Part shown: positions 38,126-47,845 of the stretch, one piece after another | How the letters are laid out: each line of letters starts with the position of its first letter | Position numbering within the stretch: position 1 is the stretch's first letter | Origin: a candidate division WOR-3 bacterium | GTDB taxonomy: Bacteria > Hydrothermota > Hydrothermia > JBDRYB01 | Reading direction: 5' to 3' | Length of the DNA stretch: 64,000 nt | Assembly: GCA_039803205.1 (NCBI GenBank) | Contig: JBDRYB010000001.1 | Coordinates: 331,413-395,412 of the forward strand | The notes under the pieces: model-generated | The model's database searches: none | What the model was told of the DNA's origin: nothing | What the model saw: the letters and a program-made list of their open reading frames with translations, nothing else | Position numbers and translations under genes: made by a program

Positions 38126-39184
38126 TTATTCCGCCACGAAAAGAACCTCACCTGCCCTCCGGCGAGAAAGGACATACCTGTATCCTGGAAATCGGAAAAC
38201 CCTGACTTTGGATTTGAAAAGGGAAAGGTCTTTTTCAATCTCATCAACCGAGGGTATTCCATCCTCCCGGTATGAGACCACAAGTATTGATCCTCTGAAT
38301 CTGTCAAAGCATTCCCTGAGACAATACCTTATCCGTTCAGGATCGTTCCACGGATTACCGGAGGGACGGAAGGCTTTGTTCCTAGTGGTGTAATCTATCA
38401 GGCTGGGCCACTCGTGGTATCGGGCAAGGCCCTCAAGGAAGTGGTAAAAAGCCAGGTAATCCACAGAATTTTTCGTGGCAGAGGTATATGGAGGATCAAG
38501 ATAGACCAGATCGTAATCCCCAGAAACCTCAAGCGCGTCAAGGTTCAACGAGATATTTTTTCTTCCATTATCAAATACTAGGCCGTTAGCCTCCTTTACA
38601 AATCTCAGAAAGTGATCCGGAAATGGCCTGTCCCATGTGGACTTGTTTCCAAAGCTCCTCCTAACCTCTGCCAAGCGTATGTAAAGATTTGCACGATGAA
38701 ACAGGTTGAAAGGACGTTTGACCAAACATGCTTGAAAAAGCGCATAGAAGGCCAGGGCTTGTTTATATTCATCCCCGAGCCTGAGAATATTCTGAACAAC
38801 CACATCCAGCCACCGGTTCTCTTCATCAGTATAGTAAATATCCCCGAAGGTCTTCTCTATGAATCTCATGTATCCACAGGATGGATCAGGTTCTAAAATA
38901 AAACGGAGATCAGCCTCATCCAGAAGAATATCCTTGTTTTCAATTATGGCCTTGCCGATTAGGTAGTTGAACCTAAGGTAATCGTTGTAGGTAACCTCTT
39001 TTCCCACAGCCTTCATCCAGTAGGAGAAAACTCCGGTCCCTCCAAAGAGATCAAGAACACTGTCAAAGTCAATCCTTGTCAGATTTTCCCATATCCACGG
39101 TAACAACTTGGCCTTTGAGCCCTGGTACCGGGTTGTGGGTAACCTCCTTATTCCTGGTATCAAACCGGGATATAGATCCTTCAT
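38126..39184 (-). CDS. N6-adenine DNA methyltransferase (D12 class), probable cognate of the adjacent REase
   Basis: RYQGSKAKLL, DLFGGTG (motif I), YLDPPY (motif IV). Confidence 0.9.
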   Translation of the reverse strand: MKDLYPGLIPGIRRLPTTRYQGSKAKLLPWIWENLTRIDFDSVLDLFGGTGVFSYWMKAVGKEVTYNDYLRFNYLIGKAIIENKDILLDEADLRFILEPDPSCGYMRFIEKTFGDIYYTDEENRWLDVVVQNILRLGDEYKQALAFYALFQACLVKRPFNLFHRANLYIRLAEVRRSFGNKSTWDRPFPDHFLRFVKEANGLVFDNGRKNISLNLDALEVSGDYDLVYLDPPYTSATKNSVDYLAFYHFLEGLARYHEWPSLIDYTTRNKAFRPSGNPWNDPERIRYCLRECFDRFRGSILVVSYREDGIPSVDEIEKDLSLFKSKVRVFRFPGYRYVLSRRRAGEVLFVAE

Positions 39185-39987
39185 TTATGGCCTCCGAGAT
39201 TGATTCGTCTGTAGCGAATGAACTCATCCAGATTGCGGAATGGCGGCCTAGCGAGCTCGGCCCTTCTCGCCATATTAGTAGTTAGGTATTCCTGCCAGTA
39301 AAGGTCAAAAACCTCGCGTCCTCGTTCTCCGAAGCGGGCAAAGAATAAACCATTTCCATTTACGAGCTCATTTACACGTTTCACGGAGCCTATATTTGTG
39401 GTGTTTCCGCTGCCCGGGGAATCGCTCGCTATGCGCCATTTGGGCTGGAAAAAGAGGACGAGATCATGGATCGGTGGTGGTATCCTTCTTAGATCGCAGT
39501 ATTGATAAACCGGACAGAGTTCAGCCTCTTCGTTTCTCGTATAAATGATGCCGAGCACATAATGTTCTTGATATTCAGCATAAGGAAAGGTAATGTTCTT
39601 AGTGCTTGTTCTGTCTCTGAAATAGCCCGTGAAAGCCCCCAGTGTGAATCCCGAAACCAATTTGGGATTGCGAGGATTCCTGTAAGTGCTTTTGAGCTCA
39701 ATTGCCCATTTACTTTTACCCTTAACCACGCTGATGTCTGGATAATGATTCTGTTCCTCCGCCAGAATTACCCGAAAGGCCCGTTCCTCAAAAAAACGGG
39801 TCAGACCAGGAAGGATCATGAGCTCTAAGGCCTTGGAAATGACCTTCGTGTCCGCTGATAAAGGGTAAATTCTGCTAGCCGTGTCTATGAAGCCGCGCAG
39901 TTTCCATAGACCATTTTCGTCCTGAAGATCGCTTTGAAGCGAACCAAGAAATGCGCGAAAATCGTTCAAAGGGAAACCACGAGGCAT
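39181..39987 (-). CDS. EcoRV-family type II restriction endonuclease
   Basis: QNHYPD...AIELKSTY catalytic PD-(D/E)xK; GFTLG; GSGNTTNIGS recognition loop as in EcoRV. Confidence 0.88.
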   Translation of the reverse strand: MPRGFPLNDFRAFLGSLQSDLQDENGLWKLRGFIDTASRIYPLSADTKVISKALELMILPGLTRFFEERAFRVILAEEQNHYPDISVVKGKSKWAIELKSTYRNPRNPKLVSGFTLGAFTGYFRDRTSTKNITFPYAEYQEHYVLGIIYTRNEEAELCPVYQYCDLRRIPPPIHDLVLFFQPKWRIASDSPGSGNTTNIGSVKRVNELVNGNGLFFARFGERGREVFDLYWQEYLTTNMARRAELARPPFRNLDEFIRYRRINLGGHK

Positions 39988-39995
39988 CGGTTAAA

Positions 39996-41078
39996 TTATA
40001 ATTCATGTGCCCCTTGGCGGTCAAACACGGCCATCCCCAGCTCCCAGAGCGGGGGCCAGGGATCATCCAGGCCAAAATTGAATACGGGCCATGGCCTCAT
40101 CATTCCCAAGAAGCTCCTGAGAGCCCTTCCAAAGCTTCTGCAGGAGGCGAGGTGCGATAGCTCCCCTTTTAACCAGTGGGCCTTGAGGCCAATCCGGTAG
40201 CCCGGGAGCTCATCAGGAGGGTTTCCAAGCCACGAGTCCACGAGCATTTTGGGGAACTCAATTCCAGCAAGAACTGCAAGGGGTAGTGAACCCCATGGCC
40301 TTGGATTGACCTCTATGAGGTAATCCCCCTTAAACTCGCACATAGCGAGGCCAAAGTAATTCTCATCAGCAAGCCAGGCCTCAAGCCTTCTCATCGTATC
40401 CATGGGCAAGGGGATAGACTCCGCGGCACAGGATGGCCCGCCCGAGGCCGGAACCTCCCTTATCCTCCTGTGAGCGAAAGCGGCCCTGACCTTGCCACCC
40501 CACATCAGGAGAGAAATTCCCCAGGCTCGCCCCTCAACCCTTTCCTGCGCTATTGGCATGAGTTCAGGGTTCTCACGGATTATCCTAGCGGCCTCCTCCG
40601 GGCTTTCTGGAGACCACCTCTTGCCCTTTATGAACCCGTTCTCACGAGGAATGTGGGACATCCTGCTCTTGAGGAACACGGGCCAACGCTCCTCGACGAA
40701 CTCCTCGGAATCAGAGCTTGCCGGGGTCGGTATACCGAAATCCCTTGCCCTTCGGGCAACATGGAGCTTGTCGGAGAGCCTGAGCATGGTCGCGTGGCCT
40801 GGCCCTATTGCCCTTGGGTATCCAGCAAGCGCCATCGCGGTCGGCTCTGAGCATGGGAGAAGGGCCTCAGCGTCAATTTTCTCAACGGCCACGAGAAATC
40901 CAAGCATATCCTTAGACGGGTCAGGAACGATAAGCCTCTTCCTGCAATACCTCGATCTGAACAGAAAGTTCCTTTGGCCGCTGAGGCCAACGAGGATGAC
41001 CTCTATACCTGACCTGGCCAGGCTTCTCAGACACGCTCCGGCCGCGTTGTTGTGAGCTGATATTATGGCTATACGGAT
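39996..41078 (-). CDS. ATP-grasp fold protein
   Basis: WPVFLKS, QERVEG, MCEFK, LIEVNPRPWGS; probable ATC start at 41078. Confidence 0.8.
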   Translation of the reverse strand: MRIAIISAHNNAAGACLRSLARSGIEVILVGLSGQRNFLFRSRYCRKRLIVPDPSKDMLGFLVAVEKIDAEALLPCSEPTAMALAGYPRAIGPGHATMLRLSDKLHVARRARDFGIPTPASSDSEEFVEERWPVFLKSRMSHIPRENGFIKGKRWSPESPEEAARIIRENPELMPIAQERVEGRAWGISLLMWGGKVRAAFAHRRIREVPASGGPSCAAESIPLPMDTMRRLEAWLADENYFGLAMCEFKGDYLIEVNPRPWGSLPLAVLAGIEFPKMLVDSWLGNPPDELPGYRIGLKAHWLKGELSHLASCRSFGRALRSFLGMMRPWPVFNFGLDDPWPPLWELGMAVFDRQGAHEL

Positions 41079-41137
41079 TTTGAGATTATACGACAACCGT
41101 TGCCCCGATTCCCACCCGTGAACTATAATTTCTGGCA

Positions 41138-41968
41138 GTGGAAAGGAACGGCATCCCGAGGCCTTTTCTCAAGTGGGCTGGCGGAAAATCCCAGATACTG
41201 CCCGAGCTTCTGAGCAGGGTCCCGTCGGATTTCGGGGCATATCACGAGCCGTTTCTGGGGGGAGGAGCCTTGTTTTTCGCGCTCATGAGGAGGGGCATTC
41301 TGAGGGACAAGAAGGTCTTTCTCTCCGACTCAAATCCCGAGCTGATAAACGTTTTCTTGGTCATCAGGGATAATCCAGAGGAGCTCCTTGAGCTTCTCAG
41401 AGGTTATCAGAGAAGAAACACGAGGGAGGAGTATTACAGGATAAGGGCCGAAAACCCCATCTCGCCAACCGAAAGGGCCGCGAGGCTCATTTACCTCAAC
41501 AGGACATGTTATAACGGGCTTTACAGGGTAAATTCCAGGGGCGAGTTCAATGTTCCGTATGGCCGATACAAGAACCCAAGGATCTACGACCCCGATAACA
41601 TTCGCGCTGTGAGCGAGGCCCTGAAGGGGGTTGAGGTATTATGCGAGGACTTTGAGGCCGTGCTGTCTCGCGCTGAGCCCGGAGACTTCGTCTACCTAGA
41701 CCCCCCGTATTACCCTTTGTCCAGAACAGCGAGCTTCTCGGATTACACCCTGGATGGCTTCTCAGAGGAGGACCACATCCGACTAGCGCGGACATTCGCG
41801 GAACTGGCAAAGAGGGGCGTCCTGGTCATGGAGTCAAACTCCGACACTGATTTCGTGCGTTCGTATTACAGGGGCTGGCGGCTCACACAGATAAAGGCAA
41901 AAAGACCTATAAACTCAAAAGGAGAGGGAAGAGGGCCGGTTTCGGAACTGGTGGTTTTGAGCTACTAA
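41138..41968 (+). CDS. dam: Dam-family DNA adenine methyltransferase
   Basis: FLKWAGGK, EPFLGGGA, YNGLYRVNSRGEFNVPYG, YLDPPY. Confidence 0.9.
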   Translation: MERNGIPRPFLKWAGGKSQILPELLSRVPSDFGAYHEPFLGGGALFFALMRRGILRDKKVFLSDSNPELINVFLVIRDNPEELLELLRGYQRRNTREEYYRIRAENPISPTERAARLIYLNRTCYNGLYRVNSRGEFNVPYGRYKNPRIYDPDNIRAVSEALKGVEVLCEDFEAVLSRAEPGDFVYLDPPYYPLSRTASFSDYTLDGFSEEDHIRLARTFAELAKRGVLVMESNSDTDFVRSYYRGWRLTQIKAKRPINSKGEGRGPVSELVVLSY

Positions 41969-41987
41969 AGAGGTTTATAATTTACCA

Positions 41988-42236
41988 GTGGCTAAAGGTA
42001 TTTTTGAGATCAAAGCCGGATTGAAGAAGGACTTCAAGAAGCTATTCCGGGAGCTCCACATGTTGGAGGACTTTGAGGCTGGCAAGCTCAGGTGCGTCTT
42101 CTGCGAGAAGCCAGTGAGCTTTGAGAACCTGGGGGGACTGATCTTCATAAACGGGAAACCGCGGCTTTTTTGCAGGGATCGTGAGTGCTTTCTTGAGGTT
42201 CTAATGAGAAAAGATAGGGGCACAAACTTCAAATGA
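41988..42236 (+). CDS. Small Cys-motif (CxxC...CxxxxC) hypothetical protein
   Basis: 82 aa; TATAAT + 6 nt + GTG; stop overlaps next start (ATGA). Confidence 0.75.
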   Translation: MAKGIFEIKAGLKKDFKKLFRELHMLEDFEAGKLRCVFCEKPVSFENLGGLIFINGKPRLFCRDRECFLEVLMRKDRGTNFK

Positions 42237-43360
42237 GTCCCCCCCTTAATAGACTGCTTATTGTATGGGCAATTTGGGGGCCTATTGTTTCAGCTTTGTT
42301 GACTCACTTTCTGTTTAGTAGGACATACGCTTGGGTTTTGGCGATAATCATCTTGTCGGGTTTAGTTGTCCTCCTCTCTCTTATATGGGATTGGCTTATT
42401 TTCCAGATTAACAAGACACGGCCCGGAAAATTTGTGTTAGCAAGGATTCATCCTAGAGGAAAAACATCTGCGGATGTAGCTACTTATCTATGCCGTGGAA
42501 TTGGATCTAAAAAGGGTTCATTTTTGGGCTTTGGCCTTCCTAGGGTGGAAATCGTCTGGATAAAAAAGCCAGAGAAATTAAAAGAGGTGTCAACTGGGGA
42601 AGCTATAATATACTTGGAGCCGGGTCTTGACAACGAGGAAGGACTACTGAGGGCTCTAGAAGAATATGTAGAAGTGGTATTTATGAATGTGGTTAAGGTT
42701 ACCTGTGGAGACACTATAGCAAAAGCGATAAAGATTATTTTGATGGAATCCTTTGGCAGAGAATTTCTCACACGGACAACAAAAATGAAAAGTTTATACG
42801 CTGAATTTACGCGGAAATTAACCCCTAATGATAGCGAGAAAAAGGAGAAGTTTGAGAGCTTTTTGAAAACCTTGAGAAATGTCGCCGCAGGTGGAATGTT
42901 TGAATCAATATTTATGTATTCTTTAAAATTTATCTCAGATAAGTTAACTACGGAAATAATGGGTTCAGATCTTGCGGAGAAAACTTTAATTGACTTTGCA
43001 ACATTTCTGGAGGCCATATGTATCAAGGAACGAGGCGAGGATGTTTCTTTGGATTTTGAGACTGAATTACTCAAGGTTCACATAATTCTAATAACTAGAC
43101 CGGAGACGAGTTCTCTACACCCCCATCTTAATTATTTGATGAGATACTCTTGTCAGGGATTTAACCCAATTTTTGTCTCTGGTATGGGTAGAAATACAGA
43201 ACTGGTAGAAAAATTCATTAAAAAAGCAAGGAAACTTCAAGAGAGACACGAGTTAATTCCCTTTGAGGCGTTTGGGGCAAGGGGTAAAGCTATCAAAGAT
43301 GGTGCAACATATGAGGTCTGCACCTATGTCCTTGAATTCCATCTGGAGCAAGCCAAATGA
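42233..43360 (+). CDS. AT-rich membrane-anchored hypothetical protein
   Basis: Two N-terminal TM segments then a soluble domain; visibly more AT-rich than flanks. Confidence 0.75.
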   Translation: MSPPLNRLLIVWAIWGPIVSALLTHFLFSRTYAWVLAIIILSGLVVLLSLIWDWLIFQINKTRPGKFVLARIHPRGKTSADVATYLCRGIGSKKGSFLGFGLPRVEIVWIKKPEKLKEVSTGEAIIYLEPGLDNEEGLLRALEEYVEVVFMNVVKVTCGDTIAKAIKIILMESFGREFLTRTTKMKSLYAEFTRKLTPNDSEKKEKFESFLKTLRNVAAGGMFESIFMYSLKFISDKLTTEIMGSDLAEKTLIDFATFLEAICIKERGEDVSLDFETELLKVHIILITRPETSSLHPHLNYLMRYSCQGFNPIFVSGMGRNTELVEKFIKKARKLQERHELIPFEAFGARGKAIKDGATYEVCTYVLEFHLEQAK

Positions 43361-44478
43361 AATCCATCGCTCTCCTCGGCTCAACGGGCTCAATAGGCAA
43401 GAGCGCGCTCTCGGTCATAGCCAGGTATCCGGACCGCTTCCGGCTCGTAGCTATCTCCGGCCACAGGAACAGCGAGGCCCTTCTTGAGATAGCTGAGAGG
43501 TTCAAGCCAGAAGCCGTCGCTATAACCTCTGAGGTGCCCTTCCCGGCTGAGAGGTGGAGGTTATACAGGGGGCCGGATGCCCTCGTCGAGCTATCCGAGA
43601 ACGAGGACTACGATGTCCTTCTTGTCGCGACAACTGGCCTCGCTGGCGCTTTGCCCACAATAAAGGCGCTTGAACGCGGCAAACGCGTTGCGCTTGCTAA
43701 CAAGGAGACCCTGGTTTCGTTTGGCCCTTTGGTTCTTGAAGCCCTCAAAAAAGGAGGGGAGCTCATCCCCGTTGATTCCGAGCACTCAGCGCTTTTTCAG
43801 CTCCTTGAGGGCAGGAGAGAAGAGGCTGTTCGGCTAACAATAACCTCCTCGGGCGGGCCATTCAGGGGGATGAAGCCCAAGGACTTGAAAAGCGTGAAGC
43901 CAGCGGATGCCCTGAGGCACCCTACATGGTCAATGGGCCCGAAGATAACGGTTGATTCCGCTACGCTCATGAACAAGGTCCTAGAGGTTATAGAGGCGCA
44001 CTTTCTCTTCGGATTCCCTCCCCAGGACATATCAGTAATCATCCACCCAACCAGCACCGTCCACGCGCTCGTTCAGCTCAGGGACGGGATGATGCTCGCG
44101 CACATGGGCCTGCCAGACATGCGCGTCCCCATCCAGTATGCCCTGAGCTATCCGGAGCGGCTAAGCTCCGATGTTCCGGCTCTCGATCTCAACGGCCTCA
44201 AGCTTGAGTTTCACGAGCCCGATACGGAGACATTCAGGCTCCTGCCCCTTGCCTGGGAGGCCCTGAGGAAAGGGGGCACGGCCCCCGCTGTTTTGAACGC
44301 GTCAAACGAGGTAGCTGTTCTGGCTTTTCTTGAGGGAAGGCTTTCGTTTCTCGGGATAATGGACACGGTTGAAAGGGTATTTCATGAGCACAAACCCTGG
44401 CCAGTAAAAAATCACGAGGATGTAGCCGAGGCAGACCGGTGGGCAAGGGAGAAGGCGATGCAGGGCTTGCCCACATAA
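43357..44478 (+). CDS. dxr: 1-deoxy-D-xylulose 5-phosphate reductoisomerase
   Basis: LGSTGSIG, LANKET, PVDSEHSA, HPTWSMGPKITVDSA. Confidence 0.98.
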   Translation: MKSIALLGSTGSIGKSALSVIARYPDRFRLVAISGHRNSEALLEIAERFKPEAVAITSEVPFPAERWRLYRGPDALVELSENEDYDVLLVATTGLAGALPTIKALERGKRVALANKETLVSFGPLVLEALKKGGELIPVDSEHSALFQLLEGRREEAVRLTITSSGGPFRGMKPKDLKSVKPADALRHPTWSMGPKITVDSATLMNKVLEVIEAHFLFGFPPQDISVIIHPTSTVHALVQLRDGMMLAHMGLPDMRVPIQYALSYPERLSSDVPALDLNGLKLEFHEPDTETFRLLPLAWEALRKGGTAPAVLNASNEVAVLAFLEGRLSFLGIMDTVERVFHEHKPWPVKNHEDVAEADRWAREKAMQGLPT

Positions 44479-44502
44479 GGGCTCTGGATTTATAATTTCC
44501 CT

Positions 44503-46434
44503 GTGAGCGTTCTTGAGCGCATAAACTCCCCTGAGGAACTCAGAGAGCTGAGCATTAAGGAGCTATACGAGCTAGCGGGAGAGATACGTGAGACCATCTT
44601 GGATGTAACCTCCAAGACCGGAGGCCATGTGGGGCCGAGCCTTGGAGTTGTTGAGCTCACAATAGCAATACACTACATCTATGATAGCCCCCGCGACAAG
44701 ATAATATGGGATGTTGGACACCAGTCATACGCGCACAAGATTCTAACCGGCAGGAAAGAGCGTTTCAGCACTTTGAGACAACTCGGCGGTTTATCGGGCT
44801 TCACCAAGCCGGAGGAAAGCCCTCATGACCCGTTTGGCGCGGGCCATGCATCCACGGCCATCTCAGCCGCGCTCGGCATGGCAATAGCAAGAGACATGGC
44901 GGGCGAGGACTACAATGTGGTCGCGGTTGTCGGTGATGGCGCGCTCACGGGCGGAATGGCCATGGAGGCCCTGAACCACGCTGGCCACCTGAAGAAGAGG
45001 ATTACTGTGATCCTCAACGACAACGAGCGCTCCATAGCCGAGAATGTTGGAGGCCTCTCAAATTACTTGGCGAAACTCTCTGGCAACAAGCTCTACAACC
45101 GAGTGAAGGAGGACCTTAAGGAGCTCCTGAGTTCCATCCCAGATACCCCGCTGACCAGGAAGGCAAAAACCGTTGTCTGGAAGATGAAGGAATCTTTGAA
45201 GAACCTGATGATACCCACCGTAATATTTGAGGAGCTGGGATGGAGGTATTTCGGGCCCGTTGGTGGCCACGACATTGACCAACTCATAGACATCCTTGAG
45301 CATGTGAAGTATTTCACTGATGGGCCTGTCGTCGTGCATGTGATAACTCAGAAGGGCAAGGGATACGAGCCGGCCATGAGAAACCCCGAGCTTTTCCACG
45401 GAATAGGGCCCTTCATCAGGGAAACCGGAGAACCCGTCAAGAAACCAGGGCCTCCTACATACTCTGAGGTTTACGGGAACGCTGTGGTCCGGGCCGCAGA
45501 GAAAGACGAGAGGGTTATCGCTATAACCGCGGCCATGTGCTTGGGGACAGGCTTGGCCGGCTTCAGGGAGCGCTTTCCGGAAAGGTTGTTTGATGTTGGA
45601 ATTGCAGAGCAACATGCTGTTACCCTTTCGGCCGGAATGGCCATGGCAGGCCTCGTTCCATTCTGCACCATATACTCAACATTCCTTCAGAGGGCATTTG
45701 ACCAGATAATCCACGATGTTGCCCTTCAGGATGCCCCGGTTCGTTTCGCTTTGGACAGGGCTGGGCTAGTGGGGGACGATGGGCCAACCCATCACGGGGT
45801 ATTTGACATAGCATACATGAGGATGATCCCAGGAATGGTCGTTATGGCACCAAAGGACGAGGATGAGCTCACGGACATGGTTTGGACAATGCTTCATTAC
45901 GAGGATGGCCCTATCTCCGTCCGGTATCCGAGGGGTCCTGGCACGGGCGCGAGCATTAAGGATTCGCCGGAGGTCATCCCAATAGGAAAATGGGAGGTTC
46001 TGAGGACCGGTTCTGATGTGGCTATAATAGCGACCGGAAGCACTGTATATCCTGCGATAGAGGCCGCAGAGGAACTCGAGAACGAGGATATATCCGCTGA
46101 GGTGATAAATGCCAGATTCGTAAAACCTTTGGATGAGGAACTGCTCGTGTCCCTTGTGGAGCGCGGTCCAAAGACATGGCTCACAGTTGAGGAGGGAACG
46201 CTCGTGGGCGGTTTTGGCTCAGGGATAGCGGAATTCCTTGAAGCCCATGGGTGGCTCGGGGAGGTAACTCTCAAGCGTATAGGGATTCCAGACCACTTCA
46301 TCACCCATGGGACGAGAGCGGAGCTTCTCGGAATGATAGGCCTAGACAGCAAGGGGATAGCGAATTCCGTGAAGGAACTTCTATGGCAAAAAAGATCTGC
46401 CCGAACTGTGGCACGAGTGAGGCGGAGGTCCTGA
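44503..46434 (+). CDS. dxs: 1-deoxy-D-xylulose-5-phosphate synthase
   Basis: WDVGHQSY, GDGALTGG, DRAGLVGDDGPTH. Confidence 0.98.
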   Translation: MSVLERINSPEELRELSIKELYELAGEIRETILDVTSKTGGHVGPSLGVVELTIAIHYIYDSPRDKIIWDVGHQSYAHKILTGRKERFSTLRQLGGLSGFTKPEESPHDPFGAGHASTAISAALGMAIARDMAGEDYNVVAVVGDGALTGGMAMEALNHAGHLKKRITVILNDNERSIAENVGGLSNYLAKLSGNKLYNRVKEDLKELLSSIPDTPLTRKAKTVVWKMKESLKNLMIPTVIFEELGWRYFGPVGGHDIDQLIDILEHVKYFTDGPVVVHVITQKGKGYEPAMRNPELFHGIGPFIRETGEPVKKPGPPTYSEVYGNAVVRAAEKDERVIAITAAMCLGTGLAGFRERFPERLFDVGIAEQHAVTLSAGMAMAGLVPFCTIYSTFLQRAFDQIIHDVALQDAPVRFALDRAGLVGDDGPTHHGVFDIAYMRMIPGMVVMAPKDEDELTDMVWTMLHYEDGPISVRYPRGPGTGASIKDSPEVIPIGKWEVLRTGSDVAIIATGSTVYPAIEAAEELENEDISAEVINARFVKPLDEELLVSLVERGPKTWLTVEEGTLVGGFGSGIAEFLEAHGWLGEVTLKRIGIPDHFITHGTRAELLGMIGLDSKGIANSVKELLWQKRSARTVARVRRRS

Positions 46435-46685
46435 GGGGGAGGGCTGGGTGCCCCAGGTGCTTCGTCGTTTTCAGGGATGAGATAAGGGCTTTTCTGGACT
46501 CAAGGTTTGGTTCCTCGGGATACTCAGGACAGCCTTATGTTAAAAACCAGAAAGCCGGGGAGCTGGTCAAGCGATTTGAGGAGCTCCAGAAGGAGCTTGC
46601 CATAGCAATTGAGTTGGAGGACTACGAACGCGCCGCAATGCTCCGGGATGAGATAAACAAGATGAGAAGACGCTTGGTATCATGA
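46383..46685 (+). CDS. mcsA: McsA-like protein (short; one CxxC pair + UVR domain)
   Basis: CPNC...GCPRC and AIELEDYERAAMLRDEI; ATG 46383. Confidence 0.75.
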   Translation: MAKKICPNCGTSEAEVLRGRAGCPRCFVVFRDEIRAFLDSRFGSSGYSGQPYVKNQKAGELVKRFEELQKELAIAIELEDYERAAMLRDEINKMRRRLVS

Positions 46686-47704
46686 ACAGAGAGCTCGCTG
46701 TAGAGAGGCCAGATTGGCTTTTTGCTGTGGGCCCGTATTCTGAGACCGTGATATGTTCAGGGGTCGAGATAGCGCGTTCGTTTGCCACGGGGAAGTTCTG
46801 GTGGAAGGCTGGGTTGGCCAGAATTGGACAGAAAAAGGCTGTGAAAAAGGCGTTCGGGATAATCCTCGGCCAGGACCCCAGGACTTTGGAGCTCCGGGGG
46901 CACCTGAGGGGCATCATCTGGGAGAAATACCCGTTTCTTAGAGGAACCACAACCCTTATTTCTCCTGGCAATGGCCTTCACATTGGGTTGGGACCAAATG
47001 AGGCTGTGAGGCTCTATTCTTACTCAGGCGGTGTTCTAAGCGAATCCGCTTTGGCGCGCGCTATGAGGCTCACTGAATCTGCAGGCCAGGTCCTTGATTT
47101 TGCCTATGACCGGGAAATGGGATTTCTCAACCCTAATCTGGAGGAGGTTGGTTCCGGACTCCGTTTCAAAGCCATTTTGCACCTTCCGGCCGCAGTTCAC
47201 GCGGGCACGCTTTCTGGTTTCCGAGAGAAACTCTCTGATCTCGGGGTAAAGGCTGAGGGTTTTCTCAAAGGATGGCCGAAACCAGCCGGCTCCCTCGTGG
47301 TGATAACATACTGGCCTGGGCCAGACCTTAGGCCCCATGAGGCGCATCTCGCCTTCCGAGAGATAATGCGCTTTGGGGTTGAATGGGAGGCAGAGTCCTG
47401 TTCTCTCCTCTTATCTTACGCTAATCTGGCGGTTGAGGACAGGGCCGCGAGATCCATGGCAACCCTGAGGGTGGCGAGGCTACTCGGATACGGAGAGCTG
47501 GCTGACCTGCTCTCTTGGGTGAGGTTGGGGGTTGGGATTGGGGCGCTTGAACCCGTGCCGGTCAAGGAGATGACAGCCCTTTTGTTCATCTCAGGCAGGA
47601 ACCACATGCGGGCTGTTGCCGGGCGGGAGCTCACCGAAACCGAAGAAAACGCCATGCGAGCGTCTCTGGTGAGGGCAACGGTGGGGGGATGGGGGGAATG
47701 CTAG
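46682..47704 (+). CDS. mcsB: McsB-like ATP:guanido phosphotransferase homolog, degenerate
   Basis: FAYDREMGFL...GSGLRFKAILHLPA, LSWVRLG, RASLVR; follows mcsA; catalytic motifs altered. Confidence 0.65.
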   Translation: MNRELAVERPDWLFAVGPYSETVICSGVEIARSFATGKFWWKAGLARIGQKKAVKKAFGIILGQDPRTLELRGHLRGIIWEKYPFLRGTTTLISPGNGLHIGLGPNEAVRLYSYSGGVLSESALARAMRLTESAGQVLDFAYDREMGFLNPNLEEVGSGLRFKAILHLPAAVHAGTLSGFREKLSDLGVKAEGFLKGWPKPAGSLVVITYWPGPDLRPHEAHLAFREIMRFGVEWEAESCSLLLSYANLAVEDRAARSMATLRVARLLGYGELADLLSWVRLGVGIGALEPVPVKEMTALLFISGRNHMRAVAGRELTETEENAMRASLVRATVGGWGEC

Positions 47705-47845
47705 CGCGGAACAGAACTGCATCGGGTAACCCTCTGAGAAGTATGAACCGAGCCCAATAGCGAATCTCCCATCCGGGAGCTCGTTAGGGTTGAGTTTTAG
47801 ACAGGGTTGAATGCCCCGCTCATAAAGGGGCATAATATTCACAGT

